Shown piece by piece: positions 56,156 to 64,000 of a DNA stretch of 64,000 bases. Origin of the DNA: Neophaeotheca triangularis. Its lineage: Eukaryota. The notes under the pieces were generated by a model. That model was not told the origin of the DNA. It saw only the letters and a list, made by a program, of their open reading frames with translations, and did not search any database. The translations under genes and the position numbers were made by a program. Positions within the stretch are counted from its first letter, which is position 1. Every line of letters starts with the position of its first letter. The stretch is from positions 186,001 to 250,000 of the forward strand of contig BAAIJX010000011.1 of assembly GCA_054600435.1 (NCBI GenBank), read 5' to 3'.

Positions 56156-57745
56156 ATGAGCAAAACCTTAGGAGTACGACACGCTCGTGAAGTGCTGCAA
56201 GACTCTTGGACAAGTCCCTTGGCCTTCCTTTACTGCACCAAAACTATCCGGCGGTGCTTTAGCAATCCTTCCCAGAGATTGGCACAAGACGATGCCCTCT
56301 CACATCTCGAGAAAGAACAACCTTCTGGCAATGCCCTGTCGGAGTTGAGTGCTCAGCGACGAGAATCCCAGCGCAGGCGTCAAGGTCACGAAGAGGCTTT
56401 CGAGAGAGGTGGGTCGAGGCAAAGAAAAGAGGATCACCATATGCTGGGCGACCGGACGTCAGGGAAAATTAGGCTCATTGGAGGCGGTTCAAGCGGAGTG
56501 CCGCACTCGCCGCACTTAAGAAAGATACCTGTTGGCATAGTCGAAGAAGCAGAAGGGGGGCCTTTCACTCGGGATGAAAGATCACCTAGGAATTTTCGAG
56601 TATCCAGCGAGCGCAAACCAAAGACCGAGTCTCGGACAGATTACATTCCATTCGAAGATGGCACTGAGCCAGATGCGAACTTCGACTTTGGGGACTCAAC
56701 GATAACGCCGAGCGAGCGCAAAGCATTCGAGGGCCTTTTTGAGATTCAACAGGATGCGCAACCACCGCCGCAGACTCAGCACGAGCAGAGTTCTTCTAGC
56801 GATGACGACATCAATGCAATGTTTTCGGAGGTGCTTGAAGGAGAAGACAGAGGACCACGAAGGGAAGCTCCATCGTTTCCAGAACCGCTACGCCCGCTGG
56901 CTGAAAAAGCTCGCGCACAGCAGATGAAAAAGCAAGAGGCTAGTCAAAAACAAGGGATCTTGCAGAGGTCTATGCAGCCTCGTAGTGCCGCCCAGAAACA
57001 GCAAGTTCGTAGCAGATCTGCGCAAATAGCGCTGGAATCTGTCACCAACCAAATGGCAAAAGCGAAGACTGAAGCAAACTTGTGGGAGACTTTCCGGAAT
57101 CATGTCTTGGTGCCACTCGAAGGGCAGGAACGGGCCAAATCACCGCAGCAGTATTATGGCACCCACAACAAACAATCAGAAACGATCAGAACCAAAATGG
57201 AGTATGGCGGCACTGAGGTCCAGCTTCCGCATGGCTCGTTCGACGTCCTCGCGCAGAATTTGTCTCAATATCTTGAAGCATTCAATCGAAAATGCCGTGT
57301 CGACTACCCTTCCTCCGACCTGAGACTAAGCTTACTACCACAACTCAAGAAAATTGGCCCGAGCTCTTTCGCTTTGGTAGCCTCCACTAGTCTTTATAAC
57401 AACCACATCGCACAGCTGTGGAACAAATACAATGACATTGGTGGTGTCAACGACATGCTCGCCGAGATGGACAACAACGTGGTTGATTTCGACGAAGACA
57501 CGGTTGAGCTGTGCGAGACGATATTGAACCATTCGCGCAGGATCCAGGATCCGAAGATGACTCGTGGAGAGGCTTTGAACGTGATTTACAAGAATGGGAC
57601 GACACGAAAGAGATTGCAGGTCACGAAGCATTGGCTCCATGATATCAAGGCTCGTTTACGGGAGAAGGCGCTAAGGCAGATGAGAAGTCAGCAGGAGATT
57701 GAGAAGTATAAGCAGTCAGTTGAGGGAAAGGAAGAGGAAGGGTAA
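56156..57745 (+). CDS. Probable mitochondrial Mtf2-like protein
   Basis: 529-aa ORF with a basic presequence-like N-terminus, STITPSERKAFEGLF and LKKIGPSSFALVASTSLYN..LW..EM...VDFD motifs. Family is from recall. Confidence 0.65.
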   Translation: MSKTLGVRHAREVLQDSWTSPLAFLYCTKTIRRCFSNPSQRLAQDDALSHLEKEQPSGNALSELSAQRRESQRRRQGHEEAFERGGSRQRKEDHHMLGDRTSGKIRLIGGGSSGVPHSPHLRKIPVGIVEEAEGGPFTRDERSPRNFRVSSERKPKTESRTDYIPFEDGTEPDANFDFGDSTITPSERKAFEGLFEIQQDAQPPPQTQHEQSSSSDDDINAMFSEVLEGEDRGPRREAPSFPEPLRPLAEKARAQQMKKQEASQKQGILQRSMQPRSAAQKQQVRSRSAQIALESVTNQMAKAKTEANLWETFRNHVLVPLEGQERAKSPQQYYGTHNKQSETIRTKMEYGGTEVQLPHGSFDVLAQNLSQYLEAFNRKCRVDYPSSDLRLSLLPQLKKIGPSSFALVASTSLYNNHIAQLWNKYNDIGGVNDMLAEMDNNVVDFDEDTVELCETILNHSRRIQDPKMTRGEALNVIYKNGTTRKRLQVTKHWLHDIKARLREKALRQMRSQQEIEKYKQSVEGKEEEG

Positions 57746-58396
57746 GGGGAGCGAAAGCAGGATGAGGAGGACGAGATGCAGTCTTCTCAAGCGCAGAACT
57801 CTGTCGCCGCGTAGTATAGCGTACAAAACGTGTAAGAAGAACATGTCGATCGTTCGTACATTCTGGTTGTCTTGAGACGAATGTGTTGGAATGTAACTTG
57901 CTACAGTACATACGTCTATTATTATCTTATCGCCTGCCTCGCTAAACGTCGGCTCAAACCCATCGAGATCCACCTGCCCCCACGTCCATCCCACACGAGC
58001 CTTGAGCCGCAGGGGCACTCTTGAAACCTTAAAGCAACCACGCCTACACCTGCACTTAGCGGTATAGGCCCACTCACTAAGAAACCAGCATTCCCCTAAG
58101 TACAGGCGCACGCGGACTTCTCTCGTAATCATGGCACACCAGAATCGCCCTGACCAGAGCGTCAGAATTTTCACACGTTTTCTTTCCTACAAACTATCCC
58201 CAACACCTCCAGACGCCTCCTTCAGTGCTTTGATAAGCGATTTCGGTTGACAATAGGACTTGGAAGTTCTGTGCATGTAAGTAGGCGGTGCGGTATGCAT
58301 TCGGCGAATCCAAATTGGCTATACTAACCACGAACATAGTCCTACTAAGAATAGTCTACGACGTTGACCTACTTGTCCGCCTCTTCACACGACACA

Positions 58397-59433
58397 ATGG
58401 ACGCTTCAACCATCAAGCCCAAGTTCCTCTCCAACTCTGATGAGCTGGGACTCGTTGCGGTTGGCTTCTCAGGCGGTCAAGTACGTCTCGCCGTACCTTG
58501 CCATGGCCACAGCAAGATACTGATCAAACTCTCCAACAGTGCAAGCCAGGCGTTGATGCCGCGCCCATGGCCCTGCTCGAATCCGGCCTTGTCTCCCAAC
58601 TCCAGGACGACCTGAAATACGACGTCAAACACGACAACACGGTGCACGCCTATAACGATCTCCTCCCAACACCCGACTCCGACACCCCAGTCCGCGGCAT
58701 GAAGAACCCCCGTGCCGTGTCCGCAGTAACCCAAAAGCTGTCCAGCCAAGTCTACTCACACGCCAAAGAAGGACGCTTCGTGCTCACCCTTGGCGGTGAC
58801 CACTCCATCGCCATCGGCACCATCAGCGGTACCGCGCAAGCCATACGCGAGCGCCTCGGCCGCGAAATGGCCGTCATCTGGGTTGATGCGCACGCCGACA
58901 TCAATACGCCCGAGACCTCGGACAGCGGCAACATCCACGGCATGCCCGTGGCCTTCCTGACGGGTCTGGCGAAAGAGAAACAGCAGGATGTTTTCGGCTG
59001 GCTGCGTGACGAGCAGAGAATCTCGACGCAGAAGCTCGTGTACATTGGTCTTAGGGACGTGGATCGCGGTGAGAAGAAGATACTGAGGGATCATGGTATC
59101 AAGGCTTTTAGCATGCATGATGTGGATCGTCATGGCATTGGCAAGGTTATGGACATGGCTTTGGGTTGGATTGGCAGGGACACGCCGATTCATCTGAGTT
59201 TCGACATCGATGCTTTGGATCCGATGTGGGCACCTTCGACCGGGACGGCGGTCAGGGGCGGTTTGACGCTGCGGGAGGGCGATTTTATTGCAGAGTGTGT
59301 GCACGAGACGGGCAGTCTGGTGGCTTTGGATTTGGTCGAGGTAAACCCTCGTCTGGAGGAGGCGGGGGCTGCCGAGACGGTGAGGGCGGGGGTTAGTATT
59401 GTTAGGTGTGCGCTTGGTGACACTCTTCTCTAG
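58397..59433 (+). CDS. CAR1: Arginase (intron 58481-58539)
   Basis: GFSGGQ|CKPGVD, GGDHSIAIG, WVDAHADINTP, SGNIHGMP, SFDIDALDP, VEVNP. Confidence 0.97.
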
Positions 59434-62196
59434 GAGCGAAGGGCTGGCTGTCGAGCATAGTTGCGAAGTGGGTGAGGTAAATACAACAGAATAGACTCAG
59501 CAATGGGAAGATTTGACACCTAGCCCAAGAGGTTGACGTCGCTGGAGAAGCCAGCGTCCCCTCTACTAATACCCACACTTTGCTGATAATCCACCCGTGC
59601 GAACACTAGACTTTTGTTTCCCTCTCCCCGGCTAAGACTATCAGCAAGCATAGCCCTAACAGCTTCGCTGCGTGAGTCGGACATGATAGCTAACCTACAG
59701 AGTAACCTTGGAACCTAGACTACCTAGGACGAGCCCAGCAAAGCAACAAATCTGAGTGTGCTCCCTTGGACCTGCACAAGACCTCTGGGCGCAAAAGGGC
59801 GCGCATTATATCGTTAGGCTAATCTCTCAACCACTCTGATCGATATACCTTCGTAGCTCTTGAAGTTCCAGAGCTCACGTATGGAAGCTGCACAGGTGCA
59901 CCCCAGAAGGCGCCAGCGGCGGCCACTCGAGACGGGAGGCGCTTGTCGAAGAACTTGATTACGAAATTTGTCCTCCGGCTGAAACGATACTCTACAGTTT
60001 CTGGGTCAAACGACGAAGACGCCACATAGTCATCTTCGGACGAGTTCCGGCATCCCAGCGAGCTGGTCTTTACATGAGTCCAAACAGCCAGAGGCCTTGC
60101 TGGGTCAAGCCACACTGTCGCCCGAGGCCGGCTATGAAGAGGATCGAGATCTCTCAGCGCTGCAAGGCCGCGGAGATCTTGGAATCCATCTTTGAGACCG
60201 CGTGAGTGGGCTTCACGCTTGCTTTGGGAGATGTTCTGGCTTCTTGGCGGTTCGTGTGGTTGTTGTTTTGCGGTCACGCTGGCGGGTCTTTGCGGGGGAA
60301 TCTTCGAAGGTGTTGCTGCCATCGTCAGGAATGAAGTCTGTCGTCCTGTTTTTAAGGCTCTGCTTGGCCCTTCCGGTTCCTCTTCTATTTTTGGCGGTAG
60401 ACAATAATTCCGGCCTCCGGCGACGCCTTACTTGAATACCTCAGCTATCTGCGTCCACATGGAAGGAAAAAGCCTCGAGATGTTTCTTTACAGGGTCGCT
60501 CGAGGCGTATACCGGCCACAATGTCCTGGCTCAAGCATCTCGGCTCTATCCAGGGAGAGGGTGTCCATGATGTTAAAACCAGACAAGAAACACCACCGGC
60601 CGTCAAATCAGGTCGAGAAGTCATCGACTGCTCCGGCGTTGGTCGACATTGCTTGTGCGGACGAGCTACTGACCGCCGGAGAGAAGCAGATGCATGTCTC
60701 AGCACCTGCTGACAAAACGTCTCCAGCGATCCGACAGATGATAACGTCGAATGCCTCTCCCTCGGCCAACAACTTCTACCCCGGAGCAGGCACAAAGCAT
60801 CAAGATCAAGATCGCCATCCCCTTCCATAGGTGCAAGACACCTACCTCCGTTGCCGAGAAACAGGTACAAGTCCTCAATGGCGGTACGAAATCGAGCGCC
60901 GACGAGGTCGAGCTTGAAGAATCAAATCTCCCCGCCGACCCATCAAAGCCTTGTGTAGATCGTTTCGAGGATACGCCGAGCCCACCCGTCCTAGCGCGCA
61001 GCTTCTATCCAGTCTCTGGAGTGAACTCCTGTTCTCCAGGTCGAAAAGTCTGGGTTGCGGTATCATGCCTGAACAACGACTACTCAGAAGGCAAAAACCT
61101 CTTACAGCATGCCCATGCCCCGAGCCAACCGCCTCACCAGATTAACCAGGCCTGGGTTGCGCGCTCGGCATAGTTGCATGCCTGGGCAATGGATACATAC
61201 TTCAAAAGCAACCGTCACAAGCGGCGTCTCCAGACAAGAAAGCCACGCGAGCGAAAGCACCAGTCTTCCTCCTACCCTGATGGATGAACATCAAACTACG
61301 TCGCTCTCAACGTCCTTGAACAAAAAACCAGAAAGATATTACTTTCCTTGGATCCCCTTCTGGTAATGGAAGGCCATATGCTTACGCATAACAAAGAAGC
61401 TAAATCACAGCCAATCGTGACCCGGAAACCCCAGAAACCAACAACGTAGGCCAAGAGTCCTGAGCGTGCATCGTAGCGTGCATCGTAACCTGCGGTAGCT
61501 CGATTGCAGTCGGCCGGGTGTAGGGAGTAGACGGGTGGTGTGATAGTAGCTCGAACTCGCACAAGAAACTCGAAGCAGTCCGCGAGGCAGTTATGAAATA
61601 GTTTGACAGATGGAACGGGATAAGGTAGCAAGCGGGGAGGAGCAGGGTAGATAGGACCAGTCATCTATACCTGTGGAATAGCGAACCGGGAAAACTTACA
61701 TACTCTGTATCACGTTATGGGTACCGCATTCGCCTTGCTTGACCTACTGAGAGTTCTACGTTCCTTCGGAATGATTTTGCTTAAAGTGGACCAGAGAAAG
61801 GGCGACAGGAGTGTTTCTATAGCTCCGAGTAGAAAGAAGAAAGACATGGTTCTCATATGCAGCACGCAGCATTCGAGATCTCCCAGGCGAGCAAGCAAGC
61901 AAGCGAGCGAGCCCGTTCATTCGTTCGCAATCTCGTCGCGAGCCTAGAAAAAAGAAAGAAAGAGCAACGCTCCAACAAGCAAGCACACAAGCCCCATTCC
62001 CTCGATGCACGCTCAATCTCTCCGCGGAAAAGGTCGCCTTTGTCGTCGGGGAAAGGCTCAAGGATAAAGATGGCTCCTACATTCCCGCCAGCCAGGCGGA
62101 CCGAAAAGCACTCGCTGGCACCGTCTGTCTACCTTCCTCCCGGTTGCTGAGTTTTCGCAGTTCTTCTCTCCTCCCCAGTTCGTGAAGCGCGGCCGT

Positions 62197-63025
<829 letters not shown>

Positions 63026-63861
63026 GGTGTCCGCTCGTGTGTGGTGGGGTTGGAGGAGTGGTTGGCAGCGCCCTCGCTTGTGGGTGATGCGGTGGACCGG
63101 TAACCGGCGTGAGTGAGAGTCGTGTTGTTTTGGAGAGGGTTGAGGTGTGGCGTGGTGTTTGGGTGGTGAAGTTGTGGTTGTTGGAAGGGTGGTGGTGTCG
63201 GAGATATGGGCGAGGTTGGATAGGAAGAGGCTCCGTTGGTGGGCTGTGGGCTGTGGGCTGTGAAAGAAGAGACCTCGTGCAAGGCGTCACTTCCAAACGC
63301 GGGTATTGCCGCTATCCGGCCGTGGGGGGGAGTCAAGAGTGATTACGAAAGACACAGTAGCATCTGGGCAGCTTCTGAGGCAGGAGCCAGCGCCTCACTT
63401 CGATCTTGGCTTAACTGTGGCGATTCGTAACAAGAGTAAGCGCGTTTTTATTTTCCCATTAAGGTTGCAGGTGTGTCGCCAACGACTGCCCTGACATAGA
63501 ACATGGAAGAAACGGTACCGTAAAGGCTTTTTGAGCTTCACGTCGGGTGTTACTTGACTTAGCCTTTCTCGAAATACCCATCTTGAACCCTGCATGCCAT
63601 GCCATGCCATGCCATGCTGACTGAAGCCCAAAGGCGCTTAAGGTACCAGAGGTACAGCCTGCCTGCCTGTTCTGCCCTACTCTCGCTCAACAGTCGCCTC
63701 CCGAGGCAAAGGGTGAAGTAGCAGCTCGAGTGATAGAAGCAGCTCTCCCCACCACCGCCTCAAACTACAGTATGGTGTCAAATTGAGCAAAGCTACCTGG
63801 GAAAGCTTTTCGATTGATACATGCTGTCTGATCTGTACATAAGGATACCGGCGAGGGTGAT

Positions 63862-64000
63862 CTAAACAAAAGCCTGTATCCCTGTAACAGCACGCCCAAG
63901 TATCAAAGCTGAGAAAACCCAAAGTCAGCATCATTCCAACACCTTTGACAAGAACGGTCGTGTACTCACCGTGGATATCACTCTGCCCCTCATACGTCTG
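63862..64000 (-). CDS. Glutaryl-CoA dehydrogenase, 3' end (enters from the right edge; intron 63909-63969)
   Basis: Not in the ORF track. The spliced translation QTYEGQSDIH|ALILGRAVTGIQAFV* matches the GCDH C-terminal signature (TYEGxxDIHALILGRAITGIQAF). Confidence 0.88.

Overview
Gene-dense, intron-containing fungal (filamentous ascomycete, probably Dothideomycetes; taxonomy is inference) chromosomal window. I can support 23 protein-coding genes, two of them cut by the window edges: PMR1-type Ca/Mn ATPase (partial), RAD21 cohesin, a BIM1/X325-like membrane protein, a Cys-rich GPI protein, a small Cys/His protein, PRP3, RPA190, an M36 fungalysin, a PCA1-like heavy-metal ATPase, an MFS alpha-glucoside transporter, CHL1, VMA12, COQ1, PRP2/DHX16, a WSC protein, a GPI 5'-nucleotidase, a Zn2Cys6 factor, the clock gene frq, CMR1, an Mtf2-like protein, arginase, UBC4/5 and glutaryl-CoA dehydrogenase (partial). 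I recognised no RNA genes, transposons or CRISPR arrays. Best candidate for an undescribed system: a three-gene module at 4.7-9.0 kb. It has two divergent uncharacterised cell-surface genes and a small metal-ligand-rich protein, with six copies of the 12-mer ATCTGATWAGAT nearby, three containing the SreA/Fep1-type iron-repressor box ATCWGATAA. This suggests an iron-regulated surface uptake system. Other notable signals: recurrent C/A-rich to G/T-rich skew switches at synonymous sites, a recurrent intergenic TACCTAGGTA palindrome, a uAUG-removing 5'-UTR intron in arginase, and clock-like regulatory features around frq. All family assignments come from recognising motifs by eye; no database search was run.
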